From IMG/VR virus record IMGVR_UViG_3300030060_004561, positions 1-50,734 of that record: DNA of 50,734 nucleotides. One strand, written 5' to 3'. The position numbers and the translations under genes are program-made. Shown piece by piece: positions 35,815 through 45,070 of the stretch (position 1 is its first letter; the number at the start of each line of letters is the position of its first letter). The stretch comes from a virus (taxonomy: Duplodnaviria > Caudoviricetes). Below the pieces are notes generated by a model. That model did not search any database. It had not been told where the DNA came from and was given only the letters and a program-made list of their open reading frames with translations.

Positions 35815-35979
35815 TGCTGTGCGGTTGAACCCGCTTAAAAGTTCACTTTGCCTAATGCAGCGTGGCAACCTGTGCGGCCTAAACCGGAACCTGAGCCAAC
35901 CGGATTAACGGGAGTAGTGTGTACGTCCCCGTTGGCCGTACTTCTATCTTCTCCTATAATAATTAAGGAATAAAATATC

Positions 35980-37242
35980 ATGGCTTGTGCAAATATTTTT
36001 CAAGCACTTAAAATGGTTAGCGAGTCGTTGGGCAAAGATGTCCACCGCAAAGCTACCCAAAAGAGCGTTTGGATGAATGCCGTGCCGAAGGGTGTATATC
36101 CTTTGGGCCAAGGCTTAACTCAAACGACTTTCACAATCGAGAACTCTCTACCTGTTGACGATCAGCTGGCATGGGAGAAAATCGCCACCTCATCTGGAAC
36201 CAATCAAGCTGGTATCGACACTAACGCAGGTCTGTGTCAGCCAGATTGGCAGGACGTGGAATGGGGATTCAGCGAGCAAACCTACAGCCCTGAGCGCGTA
36301 GCCGTTCGAGGCCCACAAATTTGCCAATCGAATCTTAAGTACCGCTACAACGTGGACGTGTTCATGCGTGCGTATCTCGAAGAGATTACGAAGCACTCGA
36401 AGCGGGTCTTGGAGAACAAGATTCAAAACGAGTACATGAAGCACGCCCGCAAGGTGACCATCTCTGGTGCCTCTGGCAGCGAAGCCTTAGTTGACACTGA
36501 GGTTATCGGTGACGGCGACACAGAGATGAAGGACTTGACCGAGGCGACTGATCTCGCGGATTCGGTCAAACTTCTTCCCGGTCACCTCGACCAGCTTGCC
36601 ATCAAGCTGATTGAGTCTGGCGCAACCGAAGGAGACAGCAATGGCTTCGTGGAGCTTGGTGCCAATGGCCCAGTCTTCCCGCTGATTATCGGCATGGAGC
36701 AATCCAACCTACTGCTGAAGTCTGACGACAACGTCCGTACTGACTACCGTGAATCCTCCAAGTCGAACGAGCTTCTCGCTCGCCTCGGAGCCGACCGTGT
36801 AACTGGTAACTTCCGTCACATTGTTGTCACGAACCCAGTTCGCCTGAAGCGTAACTCCGGTGGCGATGGCTATGATCGCGTAAGCGAGAATATCGCCCTC
36901 GGCTCTGGTGAGCTTGAGAAGGGCAGCGGAACCAAGATTCGCCCCGAATACGTGGCTGCTACTGGTTCCGGTGCTGCTACGCACGAGGCCGCTATCGCAC
37001 TCGTTCCAAGCGTAATGAAGCAACTGGTTGTTCCGTCTCAAACTCCCGGCGGTCTCGCCTTCTCTCCTGAGAACTACTCAGGTGATTGGCAGTTCATTAC
37101 CGGAGACTACAAAAACGCAGACGGATGTGCTGACCCTCTTGAGGTTTATGGTCGTCACTACGGTCAATACGAAATGGCGTTCGAGCCAGTGTTCGGTGAC
37201 CACGGTGCTTCCTTGATCTACAAGCGCAACGGCGCGGCTTAA
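35980..37242 (+). CDS. Major capsid protein
   Basis: 420 aa; highly-expressed-type codon bias; AAGGA RBS; long leader; strong downstream hairpin; no other capsid candidate. Confidence 0.8.
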   Translation: MACANIFQALKMVSESLGKDVHRKATQKSVWMNAVPKGVYPLGQGLTQTTFTIENSLPVDDQLAWEKIATSSGTNQAGIDTNAGLCQPDWQDVEWGFSEQTYSPERVAVRGPQICQSNLKYRYNVDVFMRAYLEEITKHSKRVLENKIQNEYMKHARKVTISGASGSEALVDTEVIGDGDTEMKDLTEATDLADSVKLLPGHLDQLAIKLIESGATEGDSNGFVELGANGPVFPLIIGMEQSNLLLKSDDNVRTDYRESSKSNELLARLGADRVTGNFRHIVVTNPVRLKRNSGGDGYDRVSENIALGSGELEKGSGTKIRPEYVAATGSGAATHEAAIALVPSVMKQLVVPSQTPGGLAFSPENYSGDWQFITGDYKNADGCADPLEVYGRHYGQYEMAFEPVFGDHGASLIYKRNGAA

Positions 37243-37266
37243 TTCGCCTCAGTCGTCATCACCATA

Positions 37267-37295
37267 GGGGTGCCCCTTCGGGGGCACCCCACTTT
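37267..37295 (+). terminator. Terminator hairpin after the capsid gene
   Basis: Perfect 10-bp stem GGGGTGCCCC-TTCG-GGGGCACCCC, then ACTTT. Confidence 0.75.
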
Positions 37296-37307
37296 AAAGG
37301 AACTATT

Positions 37308-37862
37308 ATGGCACCTAAGATCAAAAGAGTTCGTCAGCGAATTGCAGAAATAAGATCAAAGATTTCATCTGGCATTCCTGCCAGTGTTAAACAATCTGTA
37401 AAGCGAACACCTATTTTATCTAGAGGTAACCCATCCCCTAAGAGGGCCAAGGTTGCATCTGTTTCTAGCGGGAACCCCGCTCCTAAGAAGGCCAAGGTTA
37501 CTAGCAGTAATGTGCCAAAGGTCAGCAAGAAGACTGTAACAAAACCAAGGCCGAAGCCACCTGTTAAGGTAAGCAATAAGACTGTAACAAAACCAAGGCC
37601 AAAGCCTGCACCTAGACCTCGCGGTCTTGGCGGCAACTCGACAGTATTGAAGCCAATTAAAACCCGCACACCTAAAAAGGCGGCACCTAAAAAGGTAACG
37701 GCTTCACAAGTTAAAGTTAGCAAGAAGACTGTAACTGCAAATAAAACCAAAAAGAATCTACAGCCTTTGCGTGACTCTAAGGGAAACCTTACAGCTCGCG
37801 GCAGGTTAATGAAACTGTCTAGCTTTAGGAGCCGTGATAAGGCGGCTAGAAGGCGTGGGTAA
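37308..37862 (+). CDS. Highly basic K/P/R-rich histone-H1-like protein
   Basis: Repeats KVS(K/N)KTVTKPRPKP and GNP.PK.AKV; almost no acidic residues; AAAGGAA RBS. Confidence 0.7.
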   Translation: MAPKIKRVRQRIAEIRSKISSGIPASVKQSVKRTPILSRGNPSPKRAKVASVSSGNPAPKKAKVTSSNVPKVSKKTVTKPRPKPPVKVSNKTVTKPRPKPAPRPRGLGGNSTVLKPIKTRTPKKAAPKKVTASQVKVSKKTVTANKTKKNLQPLRDSKGNLTARGRLMKLSSFRSRDKAARRRG

Positions 37863-38047
37863 TGAACGATTCTCTTGACTGGTTGCGAGTGCTAGGCGTT
37901 AATGGTGGCGTATTCGCTACCGTATCTCTTGCTGAGATAGAGATGGTCTTAAAGATTGTCTTGCTAGTAGCGACTATCGTTTGGACAATAGTTAAAATCT
38001 ATAACCTAATTAAATATGGCGACGACACAAGCAACTCAAAGAAATAA
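37862..38047 (+). CDS. Holin-like membrane protein
   Basis: Hydrophobic helix VLKIVLLVATIVWTIVKIY. Confidence 0.55.
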   Translation: MNDSLDWLRVLGVNGGVFATVSLAEIEMVLKIVLLVATIVWTIVKIYNLIKYGDDTSNSKK

Positions 38048-38234
38048 GCCCGGCTGGAAAACCACAGAATTTTGGATCACAGTTTGCGTAGCAGGCTGTT
38101 CCCTACTGTGGGGTGCGGGAGTAGTAGACCCAGAGGCAGGAGCTTCATCTGCAGACAAAGTTTTCGGGTTTGTGGTTAGCAGTTTAACTGCACTCGGATA
38201 CACCGTATCTCGCGGCCTAACCAAAGCTAAGTAA
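38016..38234 (+). CDS. Holin-like two-TM protein (KPGWKTTEFW)
   Basis: Two hydrophobic helices; LGYTVSRG..K end. Confidence 0.6.
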   Translation: MATTQATQRNKPGWKTTEFWITVCVAGCSLLWGAGVVDPEAGASSADKVFGFVVSSLTALGYTVSRGLTKAK

Positions 38235-38251
38235 TGACTCCGATTAAGTAA

Positions 38252-38467
38252 ATGTTAGCGGCCTTACTAAAGGCTGTACTAGACTGGCTTACCGGACTGG
38301 TTAAGTCAGAGATTAAGCAGGATGTTAAGGCGACAGATGTCGAAACACCTCAAGATATTGTTGATGACTTCCGCTCTTCTATGCGGCGTAAGCTGCGGGA
38401 CAACAAAGGTTGTCTTTGTGAAGGAGAGTGCCGATGTGGTGAGGCTGGGGCCAAACGTGAAGGGTAA
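38252..38467 (+). CDS. Putative i-spanin-like (Rz-like) protein
   Basis: Amphipathic N-terminus; overlaps a lipoprotein gene in another frame. Confidence 0.45.
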   Translation: MLAALLKAVLDWLTGLVKSEIKQDVKATDVETPQDIVDDFRSSMRRKLRDNKGCLCEGECRCGEAGAKREG

Positions 38468-38582
38468 GGTTTATTTCCGAAAGGATGGGGAGTGGGTGCT
38501 CTCCAAGAACAACGTAACCCTTCCCGAAGGTTGGTACGCAGGATCACTGGATGGGGGAGCCGAAGGAGACACAGGCGACTGA
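38322..38582 (+). CDS. Lipoprotein, putative o-spanin (Rz1-like)
   Basis: LLMTSALLCGVSC|GT lipobox-like signal; LPEGWY end; real start is probably a downstream Met. Confidence 0.55.
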   Translation: MLRRQMSKHLKILLMTSALLCGVSCGTTKVVFVKESADVVRLGPNVKGKVYFRKDGEWVLSKNNVTLPEGWYAGSLDGGAEGDTGD

Positions 38583-39000
38583 TAGTGCCCGTAAGATAAA
38601 CGGCAAGATCGGTGAGCTTCTGACAGCTGTAGAACTTCTGCGGCACGGGTTTGCTGTAAGCTGGCCGTTTATCGACAGCGGCTATGATTTGTTAGCCGAC
38701 ACAGACAAAGGTAAGATTCACCGGATACAGGTAAAGACGGCAACGCCGAACCACACCGGAAACTTCTACGTTCACTTCCTAAAAGGGAGCAAAGTTAAAA
38801 GAAAATACACCGCTGAAGAAGTTGATTTCTTTGTGGTGGCTTTGAATTATAACGGGCAACCAGCCTTTTACGTTATTCCCACGGAGGAAGCTGGCAGTAA
38901 AGGAATCTTTTGGCCCGCAGGGCAACACCCACGCTACCCCGATAAATGGAAAACCTGTCGGCTTGAGAAGTATCGGGATAGGTGGGATTTGCTGCGATAA
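38551..39000 (+). CDS. PD-(D/E)XK endonuclease (group I intron-associated / homing-type)
   Basis: IGELLTA...VSWP...YDLL...RIQVKT...VDFF motif series. Confidence 0.85.
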   Translation: MGEPKETQATDSARKINGKIGELLTAVELLRHGFAVSWPFIDSGYDLLADTDKGKIHRIQVKTATPNHTGNFYVHFLKGSKVKRKYTAEEVDFFVVALNYNGQPAFYVIPTEEAGSKGIFWPAGQHPRYPDKWKTCRLEKYRDRWDLLR

Positions 39001-40131
39001 CTATTCGTCCATTACCTGTTTAAGGTGATCCAAGAATCCAATGTCTTGAGGCTTTTCACTAGCGGCGTCACTGCCAGAGACCGCTGGGCTTGCGCCCGTT
39101 AGTTCTTTAATTTGCGCTCTAAGGCGTTTGTTAACTTCAATCTGTGCCCCATATGCTTCACGGTACTTTGGAGCAACCGCTGCCCAGCATGATGCGAGAA
39201 CCAGTTCTTCGGGGCTGGATGCGCCAGTGTAGATTCTGCGTGCTAAATCGTACCGCTCGTCTACCTCTTTGTTCCACTCAGCGTCATCAGATTTCTTTTG
39301 AAAGAACTCAAGGTTTAACGCTGTCTGTGACACCTCATCAAACAGTTTATTGCTTGCTTCGCTGTTTGACGAACGTGTCTCTCTTTCTGCCTGCATTAAC
39401 TGCTCGTAAGTGGAATTAGCGTTTTCCAGTTCAATTTGCCTATCACGCTGCAGAGCGTCCATCTCCGAGATTATGTTAGCCAATCTCGCCTGCTTGCTTA
39501 CTGGCAACTCAGAGAAGATGTCATCTAACTTTTCTGTTCTAGCATCGCTTTCAGCACTGAACATCAATGTTGTAATAGCCTCACCGAGGCCAACGCCCAC
39601 CATATCCTTCGCTTGGTTAAGGAGACCTGCTGCCTTCTCTTCGTATTTGCGCTTAAACTCAGGGTGTCTTTCGATTGCCGAGACCTTAAGTTCTTCTGAT
39701 AGTTCGTCGCGTTCGCGTTTGATTTTTTCAAAGTCTTCAGACGGCTTATCGCTGGCAAGTTTAGACTTTAGCTCTTCGAGTTCTCGCCGTGCGTTATCTC
39801 TGTCTTGCTTAATCTTTTTGAAGTTAGCAGCAGACGGAGAAAGGTTTTCTTCCGCTGGTGCTTCCCCAACCTCGCCAATCTCCCCAACCTCGCCCACTGG
39901 CTCAGAGTCATTCGGCTCAGGCTCAGGCTCAGGCTCAGGCTCTTGAACTGGTTCGTCTGACATCGCATCTTTAAGTGCGGCCATAAAGTCAGAGGGCTGG
40001 CCCTCTTCGTCCGTGGCAGTCGCGCTGCTAAGATCGGTTTGCTCTTGCGGCATCTCCTGTGTAGTCGTTGCCGATTCTTCCGCTTGAATAGTATCCAAGC
40101 CTTCCATAGATAGTTTTTCTTCAGCCATCAT
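39001..40131 (-). CDS. Putative capsid scaffolding protein
   Basis: Acidic disordered N-terminus with EPEPEP repeat, long coiled coil; downstream of the portal. Confidence 0.6.
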   Translation of the reverse strand: MMAEEKLSMEGLDTIQAEESATTTQEMPQEQTDLSSATATDEEGQPSDFMAALKDAMSDEPVQEPEPEPEPEPNDSEPVGEVGEIGEVGEAPAEENLSPSAANFKKIKQDRDNARRELEELKSKLASDKPSEDFEKIKRERDELSEELKVSAIERHPEFKRKYEEKAAGLLNQAKDMVGVGLGEAITTLMFSAESDARTEKLDDIFSELPVSKQARLANIISEMDALQRDRQIELENANSTYEQLMQAERETRSSNSEASNKLFDEVSQTALNLEFFQKKSDDAEWNKEVDERYDLARRIYTGASSPEELVLASCWAAVAPKYREAYGAQIEVNKRLRAQIKELTGASPAVSGSDAASEKPQDIGFLDHLKQVMDE

Positions 40132-40409
40132 TCTTCCTTGTTATTTTCCGCAAACGTAGCAACCAAATCTTCTGCGTTTGGCAGCGGTTGTTCTAGGGAT
40201 TTTAGTGTTTCTACAGCGGCTCTCCATCCAGTTTCAAGCCCATTCGCATAGGCGTGGTCGTAACCGTTGGTTCCTACCGTAGGTAAAGGCCGTGTTGAAG
40301 GTCGCTCCTCAGTCAGAACGTCTATCATTGCCTTTACTGTTTTGTTCTTTAGTACGCGCTCGGCCTCTTTAGTTAAGTTCCGATCCGCTCTCCAGTCCAT
40401 CATCTTCAT
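40128..40409 (-). CDS. Hypothetical protein
   Basis: 93 aa between portal and scaffold. Confidence 0.65.
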   Translation of the reverse strand: MKMMDWRADRNLTKEAERVLKNKTVKAMIDVLTEERPSTRPLPTVGTNGYDHAYANGLETGWRAAVETLKSLEQPLPNAEDLVATFAENNKEE

Positions 40410-40602
40410 AAGAGTTAAGTTGAAGAAGAAACTTCTCGAAAAGAAATTCCGCGAACCTCTCCCTCTTTTGCGATAAAACCATTTCGCTTAAATGGGCAAT
40501 TTCTTTTTGCTCCTTGCGGCAACGCTTTACTTCTTCAGAGCAAATAAGAACCAAGAACTTCAGCTCTTCCTCATCAATAGTTATATCGCTAGGGTCGGAC
40601 AT
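40369..40602 (-). CDS. Hypothetical protein (MSDPSDITID...)
   Basis: 77 aa; start moved to the ATG overlapping the portal end. Confidence 0.5.
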   Translation of the reverse strand: MSDPSDITIDEEELKFLVLICSEEVKRCRKEQKEIAHLSEMVLSQKRERFAEFLFEKFLLQLNSYEDDGLESGSELN

Positions 40603-42769
40603 CGCTCTCTTTGTAACGCTTAAGCTCGATGTCTGCTTGAGCCTCCATCTGCTTGCGCTGAATGTCAGCCGCCGTTTGTGCATCTTTTCGCGCCATGTCA
40701 CGTTCGGCACGCATTTGAAGCACTCGTTCCTTTGCGTCTGCCCCAGACTCAATAGCACCTGCCTCGGCCTGTGCTTGCTGTTGAGATTCTTCACGGGCTT
40801 GAACCTGTTGTCCAAGGTTCTTGAATACGTTAATTAGCTGCTGCATCTGCGCGTTAAGTTGAGCGTAAAGCTCCTTACGAGAGCTGTCCTGAGACAGAAC
40901 CTGTGAGTGCATCGCCGCATGGTTGAGAAGGAACTGCAAGTAGACAGCGACCTCTTTCGGGTCGCCCCCTTGCTCCAGTGAATTGAACGCATTAGTTCCA
41001 GCCTCTAAGTGGGACTGAAGGTGAATAGCGTGATTGTCTGACTCTGAGATTGGAATAGCTTCTTCCAGCTTGAACAGGGCGTTTTCGTATGCAGCTTCTT
41101 GCGAATGCTCCTGCTGAAGGTGATCTTTTTGAGGAACTGGGTAGTAACGCTCCAAGCTATTAAACCCAGTCATCGCAGCAATGGTGTCTTCGATCACGTG
41201 CTGACGCCCTGTTTCGGGCAACATTTGCGAAATAGCCATAAGCTGGTTCATTGTGTTCCTGCGCTCCAAGGCAGAGCCGCGACCATTAGTTCTAGTAGCA
41301 CGAATCCAGTCGAACGAGGCCATTGCAGCTTTAGGGACGCCTCGATCTTTGCAACGCTTTTGGAACTCCAATGCCTCTTTACCTCCCGGCACGTCTTCAG
41401 TTAGGTCTGGGTTAATTGCCCTGCGATAACGCTCTGTAAACAATGCGTCTAACTGGTTGTAGTATCGGTTAAGCTGTGTCTTTCCTAAGATAGACTGCTG
41501 CGCTACCAAAGCCTCGATCTCCGTAGCTGTTCGTGGGTTGCCGTCCTTTTCAAGCCTTTGCCTGTATTGAGTAAGACCAGCCTGCAGAGTACCCTCAAGG
41601 TTTGCCTCCACCTTTATCGGTGCGTCAAGTACGCCAGCAGAGTTAGTTTGCTGAACCGACATTCCCGGTGGAATAACCGTATACGGCCCCATCTGCACAA
41701 TGCTTGTGCGATTTAAGTCGCTTGGGTTTTGGGGTTGAAAGTGAATAGCAGTGCGTGCGACAGCAGCGTCAATCAGAGAACACTTAAGCCTGTTCTTAAG
41801 CTCTAGAGCGGAGAACATCTTGATGCCCATCCCCTTCACGGAGTGGTGCTGTCCGTCCCCCTTGTCGTAGTAAAGGCAGTGAATGCACTGATCCCAGTTT
41901 TCAAATTGACCCACGTTGCGGAACAAAAAGTTTCTAGCGTCACCGCGCTCGTCAATCATGCAATGCGTTATCTTGCCGTCAAACTCACGGTAGTAAACGT
42001 GGGCCACCCGTACCACATCGCATTCCGATGAGTAAGCTAGATCGTTGTTTCTTATTTGCTGCTGATAATACTCCCACTGCCTTTTTCCGTTAATTCCGTC
42101 CTCTTCCGGTACGGCGTCCATTATGGCTTTCTGCACAGCGGAAACATTCCAGCCTGCGGCAGCAGCCGCCTCCGGGCTCTTTATGTAGCCATACAGTTCG
42201 TGCACTTGGTACATGGTACGAACCGCAGCGACTTCCCATTCGTTGACATTAGACTTAGTCTTTTCGGGAACAAGCAGGTCAGCACACCGGATAGGCTTAC
42301 ACCGCCAGTCCAGTGTGTCCTCAAACACCATAGGCCCGTAGCCGTAGAGCACCATCTCGTGCTGAGATAGCTGCATTAGATAGTCAAAGTTAGTGTCCTT
42401 CTTCTGCATACGATCAAACTCTTCAGTAATGATCTTGCTGTAGGATTCGTCAGTGTTTGGGTTATCGTGCTCGATGCGAACTGTGGCGTATGTCGGAACC
42501 TCAGAAAACACGTCATAGAATGCGGAAAGGCCCATAGACAAAAAGCTCTCTGCCTCTCTGAAGTTTACGTTGCATCGGTATGACTGAGCATTTTTTCTTA
42601 GTTCAGATTTATTGTACGGCGGGTTTCCGTCTACTAAACCTTTAACCTTAGCTCTTACAAGAGACCTTGATTCGTCGGCTCTGGCCAAATTAAGCACCAT
42701 GTCCCGAACTTTTTCGGGGTCTCTAAGCCGAGATTCAGCAGATGGGGAGTTGTCCAAATAGTCTTTCAT
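40589..42769 (-). CDS. Portal protein
   Basis: 726 aa downstream of TerL; MVLYGYG and RTATEI motifs; Q-rich C-terminal barrel-like coil (P22/T7-type portals). Confidence 0.85.
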   Translation of the reverse strand: MKDYLDNSPSAESRLRDPEKVRDMVLNLARADESRSLVRAKVKGLVDGNPPYNKSELRKNAQSYRCNVNFREAESFLSMGLSAFYDVFSEVPTYATVRIEHDNPNTDESYSKIITEEFDRMQKKDTNFDYLMQLSQHEMVLYGYGPMVFEDTLDWRCKPIRCADLLVPEKTKSNVNEWEVAAVRTMYQVHELYGYIKSPEAAAAAGWNVSAVQKAIMDAVPEEDGINGKRQWEYYQQQIRNNDLAYSSECDVVRVAHVYYREFDGKITHCMIDERGDARNFLFRNVGQFENWDQCIHCLYYDKGDGQHHSVKGMGIKMFSALELKNRLKCSLIDAAVARTAIHFQPQNPSDLNRTSIVQMGPYTVIPPGMSVQQTNSAGVLDAPIKVEANLEGTLQAGLTQYRQRLEKDGNPRTATEIEALVAQQSILGKTQLNRYYNQLDALFTERYRRAINPDLTEDVPGGKEALEFQKRCKDRGVPKAAMASFDWIRATRTNGRGSALERRNTMNQLMAISQMLPETGRQHVIEDTIAAMTGFNSLERYYPVPQKDHLQQEHSQEAAYENALFKLEEAIPISESDNHAIHLQSHLEAGTNAFNSLEQGGDPKEVAVYLQFLLNHAAMHSQVLSQDSSRKELYAQLNAQMQQLINVFKNLGQQVQAREESQQQAQAEAGAIESGADAKERVLQMRAERDMARKDAQTAADIQRKQMEAQADIELKRYKESDVRP

Positions 42770-43350
42770 TTCTTTTTCCAGCAGTTATTAGGCAAGTCTT
42801 TGTTCACCTTGTCGCTCATATGTTTTTGTAGCAGCTCCAAGGGGAACCACACCTGCGCCTTATTAAGGCATCCGCAATGCTTACACGATTTTAACAAGTT
42901 GTCATGTTCCGTTTGACGGGCACCCACAAATTTAGACAGTAAACTGGCAGCACCCGAAAGGCCGCACGGCACGCAACCAGCTGGAGTGACGTTAGATGGG
43001 CACTTTGCACAAACCCTAGCGCGTCCCTCAGCCTCTCCAGCCTCAACCCTTTCGTTCCCCTTAAGGATAGCTTCTCCCAATATCTTTGTAAAAGTTAGGA
43101 CTTGCCCCATAGTAATAGTCGGCCCCTCCTTGGCGGACTTTTCCTTGCAAGCGTCCGGTACTTGCGAGCACATATAATCTATGATGTCTTGCTGCCAGTC
43201 AGGCTCAAGGGGAAGTCCGTTAGCAGCCCTGTGGTTGGCCACTTTGTTGACTAGACCATCGTAATGCGGCCCTTCTATTAGGGTATCTGTTTCGGGCTGA
43301 TAATAACGCCAACCACCCAGCTTCCCTGTTTTTCTGTTAATCTCTAGCAT
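42766..43350 (-). CDS. Cys-rich hypothetical protein
   Basis: CAKCP, GCVPCG, CKHCGC and CWK; probable Zn binding. Confidence 0.75.
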   Translation of the reverse strand: MLEINRKTGKLGGWRYYQPETDTLIEGPHYDGLVNKVANHRAANGLPLEPDWQQDIIDYMCSQVPDACKEKSAKEGPTITMGQVLTFTKILGEAILKGNERVEAGEAEGRARVCAKCPSNVTPAGCVPCGLSGAASLLSKFVGARQTEHDNLLKSCKHCGCLNKAQVWFPLELLQKHMSDKVNKDLPNNCWKKK

Positions 43351-45013
43351 AAAGATTAGATTCTACGTATACGTCATTGTTTTGCTGGGCAAATTTTTCC
43401 CATTCAGAATCTGTGCCAACAGAGCTAGTTAGCTCTCCTGAGCCTAGACGCCTTGCCATGTCCAGCAAAACCACTGCAGCATCAGCAAGGTCGGGACTTT
43501 GTCCAATACGCCCTTTCATGTCTGCTTTTTTCTCGACAACTATCTTCCGCTTCTCGTCATCAAACAAACGCTGGCAGAACTCAATAACCGTATCTTTGTC
43601 TAGACCGCCCACTTGGTCGTGCTGAACCCATTCCCTCATAGAAAACCACAGCTCAGTTACCCTGTTAGCGTACACCTCGTGACTTTCCCTGCCATCCTCC
43701 AGAGAAACAGGCAGGTTTGAAGCCTTGCCACCGAACTCAACCCTGTTAATAAGAGGAGACCACTCTCTCATAAGTATGTCAGCCAACCCGCCACCCTCAC
43801 CGCTGGCGTCTATTGAGAACATATTAGGTCGGACACTCCTAGCGTTGCACTCCTGCTTTACAGCGTTTGCTATCTGATAGTGCACTGGCAGGCTGGAGCC
43901 TGCGTCGATCTGAATGGTTACAATGTCCGTAAATTCTAGGGCCATCCTTTGGTTTTCTAGTTCTCCGTACTTAGCAAACCGCAGGACGCACCTGTCTCCG
44001 CCAAATGCTGGGTCTAATCCAGCCAGCATCTCGAAGCTCTGACTGAACACTTTAGGGCTGTAGACATCGTGGGTCTGGCACATTGCCTCAGACAGAACCG
44101 TCCTCACCACACCCTGTGGTGCCCACCAGCCACGAGTAAACTTCCAAAACCTTGGGGACGACTCCCCCTCAAATTCAATGGACTGCCTGACTTGGTTAGC
44201 CGTAATAAGATAGGGCCACCGAGTCTCCCCTACTTCTATATTAGGACTACGCATCCCATCAAAACGCACGCAAACCCCACGTTTTGTCTCCCATTCCTGC
44301 GTTTCTACCCCCACAGACTCCCACCCATCCTTTGGCTCTGAGAACCTACCGTGCTCGTCTAGTATGCTGTGAGGGTTTCCAATGGCCACAAACTGAAACT
44401 CCCGACAGCCCTTAGCTAGGTTAGAAGACGCTTGAAAAGCGGCCTCTGGAATGTCAGTAGCCTCGTCACATATGACTAAAATGCGCTCTGAGTGAATACC
44501 CTGTATGTTTGCCACGGCCTTGGACGTTGACCCATCCAGCACAGCTATTGCGAATATAGCGTTCTTTGAGTCCCCCTTGGTGGATTGAAGCTCAGTCTTA
44601 GAATCAACCATGTTTCCGGGGAGGCGACCAGATGCTTTGTTATACAAGTGCTGAAGGTTAGCCCACGCCCGTTTCCTAATCATCTTGGCCGTGGTAGATG
44701 TAAACAAGCAGGTAGAGTGTTCGGGATCAGCCAGCCACCAGACCAAAGCGTATAACGTGCTTCCGAATGTCTTGCCAGAGGCAGCACAGCCAGTCCAGCT
44801 AACCCAGTCGTTTTCGCACAGAGATTCGCATTGCCTCTCTAGCCAAGGATTCCAGTCCATTTCGGGCCATATAAAATTAACAGCCCTCTTGAAGTGCTCA
44901 TACCTTCCGAGTCCACCCTGCTCAGGAGTCCTACCTTCTCTGAAGCAATAAAGCTCCAGCTCAAGTTGACTTATAGGGTGGTTAAAATTTAGTCCATACC
45001 TGTCGTCATCCAC
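43337..45013 (-). CDS. terL: Terminase large subunit
   Basis: Walker A GCAASGKT, Walker B ILVICDEA, coupling motif IGNP, nuclease GLDPAFGGD...SPDLADA. Start placed at GTG 45013 because a promoter overlaps ATG 45034. Confidence 0.92.
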   Translation of the reverse strand: MDDDRYGLNFNHPISQLELELYCFREGRTPEQGGLGRYEHFKRAVNFIWPEMDWNPWLERQCESLCENDWVSWTGCAASGKTFGSTLYALVWWLADPEHSTCLFTSTTAKMIRKRAWANLQHLYNKASGRLPGNMVDSKTELQSTKGDSKNAIFAIAVLDGSTSKAVANIQGIHSERILVICDEATDIPEAAFQASSNLAKGCREFQFVAIGNPHSILDEHGRFSEPKDGWESVGVETQEWETKRGVCVRFDGMRSPNIEVGETRWPYLITANQVRQSIEFEGESSPRFWKFTRGWWAPQGVVRTVLSEAMCQTHDVYSPKVFSQSFEMLAGLDPAFGGDRCVLRFAKYGELENQRMALEFTDIVTIQIDAGSSLPVHYQIANAVKQECNARSVRPNMFSIDASGEGGGLADILMREWSPLINRVEFGGKASNLPVSLEDGRESHEVYANRVTELWFSMREWVQHDQVGGLDKDTVIEFCQRLFDDEKRKIVVEKKADMKGRIGQSPDLADAAVVLLDMARRLGSGELTSSVGTDSEWEKFAQQNNDVYVESNLYARD

Positions 45014-45051
45014 TTGACCAAATACTAAATGCACCAGTAAACTAATGTCAA
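45014..45051. promoter_or_regulatory. Overlapping divergent sigma70-like promoters
   Basis: - strand TTGACA(45051-45046)-18-TAGTAT; + strand TTGACC(45014-45019)-18-TAAACT. Confidence 0.5.
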
Positions 45052-45070
45052 TAGTAGCTGGTGGTACTAA

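Noticed and set aside
35752-35979. tRNA gene or tRNA-derived attP near the integrase
   Set aside because: No cloverleaf or TTCGA T-loop/CCA end seen; no tRNA recognised elsewhere by eye.
39914-39942. (GGCTCA)n microsatellite as a phase-variation switch
   Set aside because: The 6-bp unit keeps frame and just encodes an EPEPEP linker.
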